Assembly (NCBI RefSeq): GCF_022045235.1
Contig: NW_027266269.1
Location: forward strand, 38,998,001 to 39,062,000
Direction of reading: 5' to 3'
Length of the DNA: 64,000 nt
Origin: Haliotis cracherodii
Lineage: Eukaryota
The position numbers and the translations under genes were made by a program. The notes under the pieces were generated by a model. The model made no database searches and was not told where the DNA came from. It was given only the letters and a program-made list of their open reading frames with translations. Below are positions 14,401 to 27,900 of this stretch, piece by piece. Each line of letters begins with the position of its first letter. Position 1 is the stretch's first letter.

Positions 14401-15895
14401 TCGATGCTCATGATGTCAATCACTGGATTATCTGGTCCAGACTCGATTATTTTTCAGACTGCCGTCATATAGCTGGAATATTGCTGAGTGCGGCGTTAAA
14501 CAACAAACACACAAAACACAAACTGTACACAGTTGATGTAGCGCGGTTGGTTATGGTTGTGTAAGTAGTGTAGTACTGATCTATCTTTAACTGTCTGAAA
14601 ACATATATTAATAATTCTAAAACACATTAATCACAGTAGGAAACATAAGGGTATATATTTGTTTATCGAAGATATAACACAACACGCATAAGACAACAGC
14701 TCTATAAAACCACTAAAACTCATGTCTGAAGTATTTGTTGTACATGGCGCACACCATCAGCAATCCCTGACAATCACTCACTTGCGCAGGTACTGACGAC
14801 ACGCGACTTCAACAACGTCTCAACGACATCTGGCATACCATAGTGACACACATTCACGCCCATTAAAATGCTTACCTTGGCAGGGGGCGAAGACACAAGA
14901 TTGAGACGACGTTTCAGTTGTATTTCCAAAGCACTGTTGTCCGCCATTACTGGCAACGGGGTTTCTGCAGCTTCTTGTTCGCTGCCTGACAAGGCTGTTG
15001 GTGGAGCCACAGGTGATTCCGCAGGACGGGCTGGTCCATTGGGTCCACTGAGTAAAACTTCCATTAACTGGAAATGTAAACAAAGTACTACAGAACATGG
15101 AGCAGAGTGTAAATGAGTAATTCTTTACCATCCTTCATTTCCCACCAGAGTTGCAGGAGGATTGAGAGATTTGAATTATTTCACTGCATGACATACCTCC
15201 TGGACAAGAGTTTAAATCATCCCTAACCCTAACCCTACCCTACCCTACCCTACCCTAACGCTAACCCTAACCCTAACCCTAATGACATGAGTATTTGGAT
15301 GACCTACCGCCACATGGTTCGAACACACAGGTCATAGGCAACACCTCAACCGATGAGCCAACGCAGCTTTGTCCGCCATTGCTGGGTGCAGGGCTGGTGC
15401 AGGTTCTTGTTCGAGTTCGGATCACACTTGATGTTGTTCCACAACTGATGCCACAGGTTGCATTTGTCCACTCAGTCCAAAGTGTGAATCCTCCATTGAC
15501 TACAAAGCACAAAATATCAGATTCAGATTGATTTTTCAATTGAAATGAGTTAGCTGTGATAATGTCTCCTGTCCTGTACTATTCCACTTTTGATCGTCAT
15601 ATTCTTATCGTCCAATGATACAGAAAACCGATTCTCATAATATGTCAAGTGTGCCGCCTGCGAGATAGAGTTCATCAGAAGCAGTCGGAAAAGACTGAAC
15701 GTCAAGTGTGTCTTTAAATAGAATGACATATCAGATTGTTCCTATCAAAAGTGGAGTGGTATATTTTCTTGGTTGCTGATTGGTCTTGATGCTACTGGAT
15801 TGATTTGAAAATAGAAGTGTTGCAGCAAATACCGCAAATAAATATTTGTGTAAATTTGATGATTGGACCTCCTGAAGAAAAATGTATTGTGGGTT

Positions 15896-15928
<33 letters not shown>

Positions 15929-18900
15929 GAACGAGAGAAATGCCACTTTGGATGATTTTTAATGAATACGTTTACGTAAATACCGAGACATGGTGAAAGG
16001 CTGCAAGGTCGTGCCAATGTTTGTATCCTGTCTCCAACACAAGCGGTTCCTCCGTTACTGGGTGGAGGGTTTGAGCACGCCCTGGTCCTCATCCTCACAA
16101 CGCTGGATCCAGTTCCACACGTGATGCTGCACGACGGATTGGTCCATTGTGTCCACTGGGTAAAGCCGCCATTAACTACAACTGAGAATGGTTTAAAGGG
16201 TGTTGCTATTAATCATCTCAGTGTTAACAAAGTCGTCACATTAAGAGAGTGGTGTGTTGTCTACTTCAAGTCGTGATTCGAATTGGAAATAAGACATAGT
16301 GTTTGAAAACAGAGCAACCATTAACGTCTATGTGGAAATATACTGACATACAATAAAAACAGAGCAACCATTAACGTCTATGTGGAAACATACTGACACA
16401 CAATGAAAACAGAGCAACCATTAACGTCTATGTAGAAATATACTGACACACAATGAAAACGCATCATCTTGTTTCCAACCATCGCACATGATGCGTATTG
16501 TGCTGAAATCAATATCGAAACTCAACGAATGAGATTCGAAACCGAACGGTGACATTTTTGTGTTTGGCTACCACATGTCTAAATACACAGAATATCTTAA
16601 GTTGATTTCTGTTGCCATTTTGTTGCGTTTTTTAAGTGTTTCATATTATGATTATAACATAACTGTAAGACAATGCAGTGGGCTGAAGAGGGTTAAAGTC
16701 GTCTTTCACGAAATCAAAACTATATCATAATAAAATACAGAGGGGTAGTAAAATCGAAATTAATGTTTCCAATATTTGCACATGTGCATTTCAGCAATTG
16801 TCGACTCTGGCGCGGTTGGACCCAAGGACATAATTTAACATTTCTTTATTGTTTAAAATGTTAGGCTATGACATCATCCATTGTTCTCCACGTTGTAGAT
16901 TACGTCACTTAAACAATAGGTTTAAAGTGTCTGTTCGTCACGAATGAAAGCTGTTCGTCCCACGCCAAGGGCAGATGATGCGGAAAATAATGTTGCTCGC
17001 AGAATAATCGCCAATTCTAAATGCTGCAGTTCATTAATATAGAGACATTATTCCATGTCAATAGTTGCATACTTTAATAAGACTTACCAAAACAAGGTGC
17101 GAAAACACAGTTTCTCTGCAAAAACTCCACAAAAGGACCAGTGCATGTTTGTCCACCATTGCTGGCAGGAGGGTTGGTGCAGCTTCTGGTGCGTGTACGT
17201 ATGACGTCATTTCTTCTTCCACAAGTGATCCCACAAATTGGTTCCGTCCATTGGGTCCAGGCTGTGAGACCGCCGTTCACTAAAATAGTATAGTATGTTT
17301 GTTCAGAAAGTAAGTGTCTTAATAGGCAAACTTATCTAATTGGATTACAGAAGTTCCATGTCTCCCCACACGTTTTGTAAAAACAAACCTACACACAATG
17401 TTGCTAAATACTTCTGAGTTCAGAAAGAGTCTTCTTTATGCAAACGATCATGCATTCGAATCCAAGATATTTCTGGATTGTCAGCACCATAGTGGTAAAC
17501 GTCTAAAACATGGGCATTGACCATAAGAAAGAGAATTTTTGGATGTCAACGTCTTTATTATGAGGAACACAACGTTTTGGAGTATATGCTTACTCCTTCA
17601 TCAGGTGAATGAATGTTATGACGCAGAGCGCATATATATGTACACGTAAGAACAACAAAAGTAATAAGATACAAAAGGTGGAAACTTAACAAGGGAAGCC
17701 AACAGTTAGCTGGCGCTGATAGGTGATAAGCAATACAGAGTGAAAGCCAACACTTTACAATAGTTAGCGCTGATAGTTATGGACAGCTGGAAGCCAGGAC
17801 TAAATTATCACTGATTGGTAATTGACAATGGACAATTGGCACACGGGAGGTCGGGGGTAATTAGCACTGATAAGTAAAAGAATAGAAATAGCAATGGGCC
17901 AATGGAAGCCAGCTAGATAATAGGCACCGACAAAGATCAATGCAGTAATCCCAAGCACTAGGCAGATAGGTTCCCTGGTCACGCCTCGTAACTATGTTTT
18001 GACAAAGACGTAAGACAGAAGCAGCGGGCACCTGCATCAGTTCAGGCTTTCCCCCGACATGAAGCTGACACGATGTGGTGTAACTGAACTACTGTCACCC
18101 TTCCGACCAACTTATAACTGGTGACCTTGTAAAATGCATTACGATTCCACGACCCTCAGTTTTAACACAATCAGATTATTTGGTGCTGATTCTCTGTTGA
18201 AATGTTGTTACCAATCATTTAACAATCTATTTATCAAACACCTACCTGTGCAGGCATTGAAGACACATTGTTTAAGCACTGTTTGGACTGTGTCGTTAAA
18301 GCACTGCTGCCCACCGAACCTTGGAGTGGGGTTGGTGCAGCTTCTGCTCCGTAACCTGTACACGCTGAACGTGGAGCCGCATGTGATACCACAGGGTGGG
18401 TTAGTCCATTGATTCCACTGGGTTAGTCCTCCGTTAATTGGAGCTGAATCGATGAGGAAAGAAATTATGCAACAATAGAAATGGTTGTGGCATACAATAT
18501 TTGTATCTCAAAGGCGACTGACGGGATCGGGTGGTCAGTCTCGCTGACTTGATTGAAGCATGTCATCGATCGCAATTGCGTGGATTGATGCTCATGATAC
18601 CAATCACTGGATAGCCTGGCCAAGATTCGATTATTTACAGACTGCCGTCACATACCTGGAATATTACTGAGTGTGGCGTAAAACAAAAAACAAAACAAAA
18701 AAAGCAAACAATTTTTAAGACAATTCTTAAATATCACTTGGGATCTACTTACTATCACAAGCAGGGAACACACAGCTTTTCGGTACTGTCTCAACTAAAG
18801 TTCCTGTGCAAGCTTGTCCTCCATTGCTGGGCGGGGGGTTGGTGCAGCTCCTGGATCGTGTAAGTGCCACATCAGTTCTCGTTCCACAAGTGATGCCACA

Positions 18901-21900
18901 AGAAGCATTCGTCCACACACTCCAACCCGTTAGGCCACCATTTACTAAAAGACACGCATATGACAAGTTCCAAGTAGTTTTAGCTCTAATACATACACAA
19001 CAAACATGATTGAAACTAATACATGTTCTTTTAATGCAACATATATGAATACATATGTCAAAGCGGGAAAAATTAGCATTTCTGATTAAATGCAATGTTT
19101 TAATACTTACTTGACGCTAAACAGTGCTTTAGCTTCCCTACCTTAGACACACAGACAGTAATGGAACGAAGAGACAGTTTAAACAGACTACAATCCGTGC
19201 CTTGGCATCCACCAGTTATTCCCCTTGGCCCCTAATCCTCATATTCTTCACTGGATGACATCAGACGTATAGTACACAGTGGCGCCAACGGTAAGGCGGA
19301 GGAGGAGGACGGAGTCCGGGTGGGCCTATAGGTGTAGCGTCAGGTGAGTATAAAACCATTGCATTGCGGGCGTTGGTCAGCTGCTGGGCCAGGACAAGTG
19401 GACCAAAGATATGTGTACCCGCGACGTCCTCCACGGATAATGGCTGGCGAAGATAGTAGTAGATAACCAGAAGCACCCCTCCATGAGGGATCAAACGGAG
19501 ACGTTAGCATGGAGGGCCAGCGAAGAAGACAGGGAATGGATCTCACGTGGATTGGAGGCTGTAGGTGGTGGTAAGTCAGCACGACGATAAACCCTTAGGA
19601 TAGCAGAACGAAGCCAGAGGGAGACTGTATTCCGAGAGATCTCTGCAGAGCTATGGCTGGAAAGAGGGATGAACAGTCGCTGGCGCTTCTTGCGATGTTG
19701 CTGAGACACCTGAAGATAACGCTGGAGGGCCCGACTTCTTTTTTCTCGGCAGTGGGCGAGCTACAGGTCATCATCAGGGCCAACGATCTCCAAAAGAGAC
19801 GGGATGTGAAATTGCCGATCGTGTTGGCCGGGCAGTTGGTTTTTGGCGATAAAGTCCCAACAAAGGCCAAGGTGAACCAAACTGTGAGGACGCTGGTCGA
19901 ATCGGACACGGGTCACATCCAGGGCATGAAGTTGCTAACCCTGGCAGCTGTTGCAAGGGCCAGGAGAAAGCAAGTCTTCAAGGTGAGATCTTCAAACGAG
20001 ACAGACACAAGTGGCTCATACGGAGCCTGGCGTAAACCCTGCAGAACAACATCGAGATCACAAGCTGGAGGGCGGAACTTCTTAGTCTGGTCCTCCAGTC
20101 GAAAACCTCGGATCATGGCAGAAAGAGCCAGGACCGATGATAGCTTGAAACCTATAGCGATCTTGAGGAGAGAAATGAGCGCAGCAGGATAGGTCGCAAT
20201 CTTGGAACCAGCTAAGTGACGGGATTGGCGAAGGAAAACAAAAAAATCAGCCACTTGGCTAATGGTGGCCTCCACTGGAATTAAAAGCCTGGACAAGCAG
20301 AAGGCTTGGAACAACCGCCACTTGTCATCATATAGGGATCGAGTAGAGGGACAATGAGCTCTGGAAACAGCTGTCGCAGCAAGAGCTGAAAGCCTTTGAA
20401 GGATCTTGGGAAACTAAATCTGGGATGGCCAATAATGTGCAACCAAAAGCAGATCCAGAGGACAGGTCCGGGTAGCCTTCCGAATGACCTGGGGGAGAAG
20501 AACTGGGTGGAAAAGCGTACACACTACTTCCAAAGCAGCTGGGTCCGGAACCGGAGACACGTACACCGGCAATGGAATGTGATGGGCTCGTATCAGAAGA
20601 AGAAGACTGTCGGACAGATGAAACAGGCGAAAGGCCACTTCCAGGAGAGAAGCAGATCGAGTCAATCCTTGCTTGTTGATGTAATACTCTGTTGTGGAGT
20701 TGTCCGAGGCGACCATGAGATAACTGTTGCGGAGGATCTGACGCCAATGACGAACGTTCCGCAGGAGTCCAAAGACCGGAGGCCGTTTCCAGGAGAAGGT
20801 GGGCGCCCCATTCTTGGAAAGACGCGTCCACGAAGAGATGGTGAGTGGCCTCAAAACTTGTCATAGAGGAACCACTCAAGACGTTTGATGGGACTAGCCA
20901 TCACTCCAGGAATGTACGCAATTCTCTTGGCAGAGGAAGATGGGGACCGACAGGTCTGAGCGCAAAAATGTCAGGAGAAACCTTGAAGGGGACGCAGTTG
21001 AAAACGACCTCTGGACGTTAGATCCTGAGCTGAGGTCAACAGCCGGAGAAGACTCTGCCACTGGCAGAGATCGAGAGGTTGAGAGAGGGCTCTCCTGAAC
21101 CCGGATTGTATCTCTGCTAACCGATCCGGAGGAACTTGTATCAAGGATAGGTCTGTCAGAAAGAGACCGCCTATGAAGGTGAGATGGCGAGAAGGAGTCA
21201 GATCCGATTTCTCCCTGTTGATGATCCAACCCAACTGATGGAGGAGTTGAAGGGTGAAATCCTGCTGAAGAATCAAGGTTTGATGGACGCCATGACCAAG
21301 GATGCAGTCGTCAAGGTAGGCCCCGAACCGAATCCCCCTGCGGTAAAGAAAGGCCACGATGGGATGGGTTATACGTGTGAATAACCACGGGGCCGTGGAA
21401 ATGCCAAATGCGAAAGTGCTGGCCCTGGAAGATGAAGCGGAGGAAATGACGATGTGTTGCCTGAATGGGAACGTGCAGGTAGGCAACCTGGAGATCCTGA
21501 CTGATGAGGTAGTCCATCGGTTGAAGGATGTGGCACAGAGAACGGATGGAGATCATCTGGAAATGTGGCGAAGGCGCGACATAATGGAGGTTGAATAGCG
21601 CCAGAGTGTTGATCATTCGAAGGTGGGATGAACCCTTCTTTGGCACCAGGAAGATTGGAGAATAAAATCCTCTAGTGATTGAATCTGTGTCCAGGTGTTC
21701 TTGGCGATCAGGAGATTGATATTGGCCTGAAGATCCGGCACATCGTGAGGCCAATATGGAGGTTACAAGGGAGTAGTAGTCAGAGAAGTAACAGCTCGGA
21801 GCTGCAGGCGGTAACCGTGACGGAGGATCTGGGTAACAAACGGATCCTTGAGCAGCTGCCAATTCCTCCAGTAGGTCTGAAGTCTCCGTCCTACTGCAGA

Positions 21901-24900
21901 CGGATGAACAGGGACAACTGGCAGAAGGAGATGCCAGTTGTCGAACGCCCGAAGAAAGTCACTTCCGTCGCCGATCACAGCCGGAAAAGCGTCCACGGCG
22001 AGGAGGCTTGGAGGACCAACCTTTGCTGGGGGACTGGCGTTTGGCCTGAAAAGAAGCGGATTTCCTCTTCAAACTGGTCCTCTTCCCGACATAAGATTTC
22101 CTCTGCTGAGAAAATTGGGAAGAAATGAGACGGTCCATGTTGTTAAGGAGTCGGAACTGTTGCTGATGAGCATCCCAACTCTGGGCCTCTTTAGCCACAG
22201 ACGGGATCTGGCCCTTGGAGAGCGTCGACCCAGACCAGGGTTGGCGCATCAGTTGCATCTTGAATGACGGGCCCCAGGGGGACTGCTTGAGTAGAGACGA
22301 ACGTCTAGCTATGCTGAGAGAACCAAGACAGAACTGAATGTAAGTCGACATGTGTACCAGTTGGTTCTGTTGCCAATCCAGGACCAAGAGGAGCAGGTCA
22401 TTGGCCTCTGAGGGATACTTGTCCAAACAGTCCTGGATGGCCGAGTTGGCAGAAGCAACCGCCGACAGTGGGTAAAGAGTGTGATGTACTGGGCCGGGAG
22501 GATCCTACAAGCAACCATACGGCCTCATCAACAGGAGGACAAATGTTGGCGAAGTCCATGGAGTGGAAAGGATACTGGTTTTTCCGGAATCTGGGCACTT
22601 GGATGGATGGCCTGACCAGTAGAGTCGTAAAGGCTGTGTCTAAGGACCTGGCCACATCAGCCACCAACTGATCCCGTGGAAGGAGGAAGTTATATAATGG
22701 GGGCCCCGGACGATGGACGGCGAGACAAGAAGACAGGCGAAAGCTGGCGACGCGGAGAACGATGGCGACGCGGCGAACGATGGCGACGGCCTGGCGATAT
22801 CTGGCAATCCAGCGAACGCTGATGACGTCCGGGCGATAGCTTGCGACGGTCTGGTGATAACTGGCAACACGCGAGCGCTGGCAACAGCCTGACAATATCT
22901 GGCGTTACACGTAAATGCTGACGAAGGTTTGGCGATTGCTGACGAACCAGGGAGCGCTGGTGATGGTCTGGCGACAGCTGGCGATGATCTAGCAAGCTCT
23001 GGCGACAGCTGGCAACGATTCAGCGAAAGCTGGTGACTTGGCGATTGCTGGTGATGGCCAGACGATAGCTGACGACAATTTGATGAAACGAGGCGATGGT
23101 CTGACGCCGGGTGGTGATGAGCCGGTGATGCCTGAAGACGATCGAGGGACAACTGGTGACACTGTCCCGGCGATAGTGTCGATGGCAATTGATCTTAGAG
23201 GATTCAGTAGTGGAGTTGTCAGGAGTATGAGATCAGCGACATAGACCAGAAGCATGCCAGGATGAAGTATCGTACGAATCGCGGGAACGACGATCTGGCG
23301 ACGGGTGGGAACTGGCTAGATCTGAGCTGACGGGAGGCAAAAGCAGGTCGGCTAGACGGTGTTGAAGTAGTTGTTCCCAAAATGCACGAATCGCTGTAGG
23401 ATTCATAAAATCAAGCGGCGCAGAAGGGGAGGAGCATCTGAAGGACCAGTCGTTGTCATAGTCGGATCCGAAGTCGGAGGGGACGGATTCGACGGAGGAG
23501 TGGTTGGTGAAGTATCAGGCATCTTCCTCTGAACAGGAAGTTGTTTCTGGCGACGAAGAAGAGCTTTTCTGTAACAATTAAAGTTTGTAATTGACAAGAG
23601 CGCACGAACAGAGCAGTGATGATCAAACAAGCACGCAGACTTGCAGTAGGGGCAAAGCTGATCAGGGTCTTTCCCTGCCTTTTACATAAAGCACAACGCA
23701 TAGAATACATTCTGCAAAAAATGTAAACAGCGCATAAGTGAAACTAGCAGAAGCACATATGCAGCAAAACACATTATTGGATAGTATGGGAACCAAGCGC
23801 TCAAACACACAAGTTTACCACGTGTGAGGCTCGCTTGGAGCAATTCTAAAACATAATACTCCTAAATAATAGGAATTATGTCACTAGAAAGTCATAAATC
23901 ACAGAATAAATGAGAATTCAACAATAGTTTACAAAAACTATAGCAAAAAGGTATATTAATGCGCTACCTCGCAAACACGAGACGCAGTAAAACCAAGGCG
24001 CGAAACACGCAGTTATGCAGTCGAGAGAAAAATTCGAATTACAAGCTGTAAACCGCAAACGAGCGGATATAAGGTAAGTAGAACTCTTGTTCCGTACACG
24101 TCTGTACACATCGGACAGACAGAGAAGAATATGAGGCATAGGGGCCAAGGGGGATAACTGGTGGATGCCGAGGCACGGGCTGTAGTCTGTTTAAACTGTC
24201 TCTTTGTTCCATTATTGTCTGTTTGTATAAGGTAGGGAAGCTAAAGCACTGTTTAGCGTCAGGTAAGGTAAAACATACTTCTTTTGAAGAATTATGAATA
24301 TGAATTATTATGAACTGTGAACTGTTATAATAAACTATCATAAACTACCGGTCAAATGAAAGTACACACGCATGTTTGATAGACAAACAGGAACTAATGG
24401 ATATTCGATGTTGATGTATTTGATAGGGGTATCATAGTTGTGTTTTGACCTTATATTTGCAGTGTTTTCAGGCTAGTAACGTTTTGATTTTTTGGGTCAA
24501 ATCCAATTTCCCAGTGAATACTTTTTTTTGACCATCAGTTTATGTTTTACAGAGAAGTTCAATAAAACTTCATTACCAGGACAGGGGGTGAAAACACAGC
24601 TCTTCTGCAAACTCTCCACCATTAATCCAGTGCATGCCATCCCTCCGTTGCGGGGGGCTGGGTTGGTACAGCTCCTGGTACGTGTTCGTACCACGTTGGA
24701 TCTCGTTCCACAAGTGATGCCACAAGAAGCATTCGTCCACTGAGACCATAATGTCAGGCCACCGTTCACTAGCAAGATAGTTTACCATGTCTCATCATTT
24801 GAATGCAGAAAATCTTTCAATCGCTCCAAACGTTATTGCATACACATAGTAGATACAAGCATGTTTTTATATCATAGAAAAAAGTGTTATCTGTTTTTTT

Positions 24901-27900
24901 TAGACAATACCCATCTCTTCAAGTTAGCAAGGGCTCAATATGCCTTAAATACAGCCTGAAATATCGTTGCAAGTGTACAGAAACATGTCAAAACACACCT
25001 GGGCAAGGATTAAAGACACATGGCTCTGACACAGTTTCAAGTGCTCCTCCAATGCATTGCTGTCCACCAAACCTAGGAAGAGGGTTGGTGCAGCTTCTGG
25101 TTCGTGACCTGACAAGGCTGTTGGTGGAGCCACAGGTGATGCCACAGGAAGGGGTGGTCCATTGAGTCCACTCGGTGAATCCTCCATTTATGCTTTGCCC
25201 ACCTACAAAACAATATCATGTTGCAACAGTAGCTCGATAGCTTACACCCTGAAGTACCGGTGATTGAAGAAATTCTTTTTGTTTAAGACTGAATATATAT
25301 TCAAGACAAACAGTTGTTTTTCCTGACAGGCGCTGAATAGTTTGAGAACACCAAACACATGTTTCATAAAAGCCAGCATGTTGCGCATGTGATATTTTGT
25401 TGTTGTCGTAAAATCCCATTATGTTCCAGCATTTTCGGGAGCAGATTATTTAAAAGTGTTTTTACACTTACTATTACAAGCTGGGAAAACACAAATTTTT
25501 GGCCCAGTTTCAACCAAGTTTCCAGTACAGCCTTGTCCTCCATTGCTGGGCGGGGGGTTGTCGCAGCTCCTGGTGCGGCTACGTACAACATCTGTTCTGT
25601 TTCCACAAGTGATGCCACAAGAAGCATTCGTCCACTGAGACCATAATGTCAGGCCACCGTTCACTAGCAAGATAGTTTACCATGTCTCATCATTTGAAGA
25701 CAGAAAATCTTTTAATCGCTCCAAACGTTATTGCATACACATAGTAGATACACGCATGTTTTTATATCATAGAAATAAGTGTTATCTGTTTTTTTAAGAC
25801 AATACCCATCTTTTCAAGTTAGCAAGGGATTAATATGTCTTACATACAACTTAGATATGGCTTAGCAATTACACGTCTATTTTTCCCCTAAAAAATGATA
25901 TATAACAAGAGCCTGAAATATCGTTGCAAGTGTACAGAAACATGTCAAAACACACCTGGGCAAGGATTAAAGACACATGGCTGTGCCACAGTTTCAAGTG
26001 TTCCTCCAATGCATTGCTGTCCACCAAACCTAGGAAGAGGGTTGGTGCAGCTTCTGGTTCGTGACCTGACAAGGCTGTTGGTGGAGCCACAGGTGATGCC
26101 ACAGGAAGGGGTGGTCCATTGAGTCCACTCGGTGAATCCTCCATTTATCGGAACTGAAAATCATTCATATTATAAATTGCCCACCTTCAAATCAATATCA
26201 TGTTGCAACAGTAGCTCGATAGCTTACACCCTGAAGTGCCGGTGATTGAAGAAATTCTTTTTGTTTAAGACTGAATATATATTTAAGACAAACAGTTGTT
26301 TTCCTGATAGGCGCTGAATAGTTTGTGAACACCCAACAAATATGTTTCACAAAAGCCAGCCTGTTGCGCATGTGATATTTTGTTGTTGTCGTAAAATCCC
26401 ATTATGTTCCAGCATTTTCGGGAGCAGATTATTTAAAAGTGTTTCTACACTTACTATCACAAGCTGGGAAAACACAGCTTATTGGCACATTCTCTATCAA
26501 CGCTCCAGTACAGCCTTGTCCTCCATTGCTGGGCAGGGGATTGGTGCAGCTCCTGGTGCGGCTACGTACAACATCAGTTCTCGTTCCACAAGTGATGCCA
26601 CAAGTAGCATTCGTCCACTGAGTCCATAGTGTGAGACCACCGTTCACTGTTAATCAAACGTAAGAGGTGTGGGTTTAATACAAGCTGCTTTTAGCAATAT
26701 TCCAGCTATTTCCCGATGGGGGTAGGGGGCACCAGAAATGGGGCCTCACACATTGCACCAAGGTAAGACGTCCATGTACTGAAAGACATGCGTATGATTG
26801 TGTAATTAGAAATAGAGTCGTCTACACTACGTATTCGACAAGAATACACTGTGTACACTGTGGGACAACAGAAAATGTTCACTTGAAAATTGCATTTGAC
26901 AGTCGCCTTATCAAATACCCTTATCAAATACATGGCCGTCGAATTCATTTCAAGCCAGGATCCAACATGGGTTTACAATTCCTTTGCTCTTCAGTCTATA
27001 TGTAATATCCACATACTCTGACCACTGAGACCTGTTTATATATACAATGGACATTAATGTAAATATTTGGAATACAACGGAATGCATTGAAACAACTTGT
27101 ATCGCTGCAACACTATTCCATTTAACGATTTGGATAAATGGAAGGTTTACCGGGACAAGGTGTGAAGGAACAGTTTTGAGGTAGCACGTCAACGATAGGT
27201 CCACTGCAGGGCAAGCCGCCATTGCTGGGAGCGGGGTTGGAGCAGCTTCTGGTCCGTGTACGTGCTAGATCGGTTCTGATTCCACACGTGATGCCACAAA
27301 GTGGATTGGTCCACTGGGTCCATTGTGTAAGGCTACCGTTCACTGGTATGATGAAAACATAATCTTTAAGTACACTATTAATATCATTGAAGTTGATTGA
27401 CACTGTTGTTCTCTGCCAAAAGCAACATTCTTTCATCGTTGTTATGTAATTGCGGATCGTTTTAGACGTTTCGAAATACACAGACATGTTTTAACAATTT
27501 TAACCACCTTTTTTATCCTTTTGTTCTGTAGAAATTTTTAAAAAAATCAAAATGATACACAACCACCTTCATTGTAAATATACAAAAGAGACACGCACCT
27601 GGGCAGGGATTAAAAACACACTGTTTAAGGGTAGTCTGGACTCTTTCCCCAAAGCATTGCTGTCCACCAAACCTAGGAACAGGGTTTGTGCAGCTTCTGC
27701 TTCGTGACCTGACAAAGCTGTTGGTGGAGCCACAGGAGATACCACAGGAAGGGGTGGTCCATTGGGTCCACTGGGTTAATCCTCCATTTATCGGAGCTGA
27801 AAATGATTCATATTATGACTGACATGCTTTAAATGCGTGAGTGGTTTATGTTTTACAATCTTTTTTAAACTGTATACGAGTACTATAACTGTTTTAAAAT

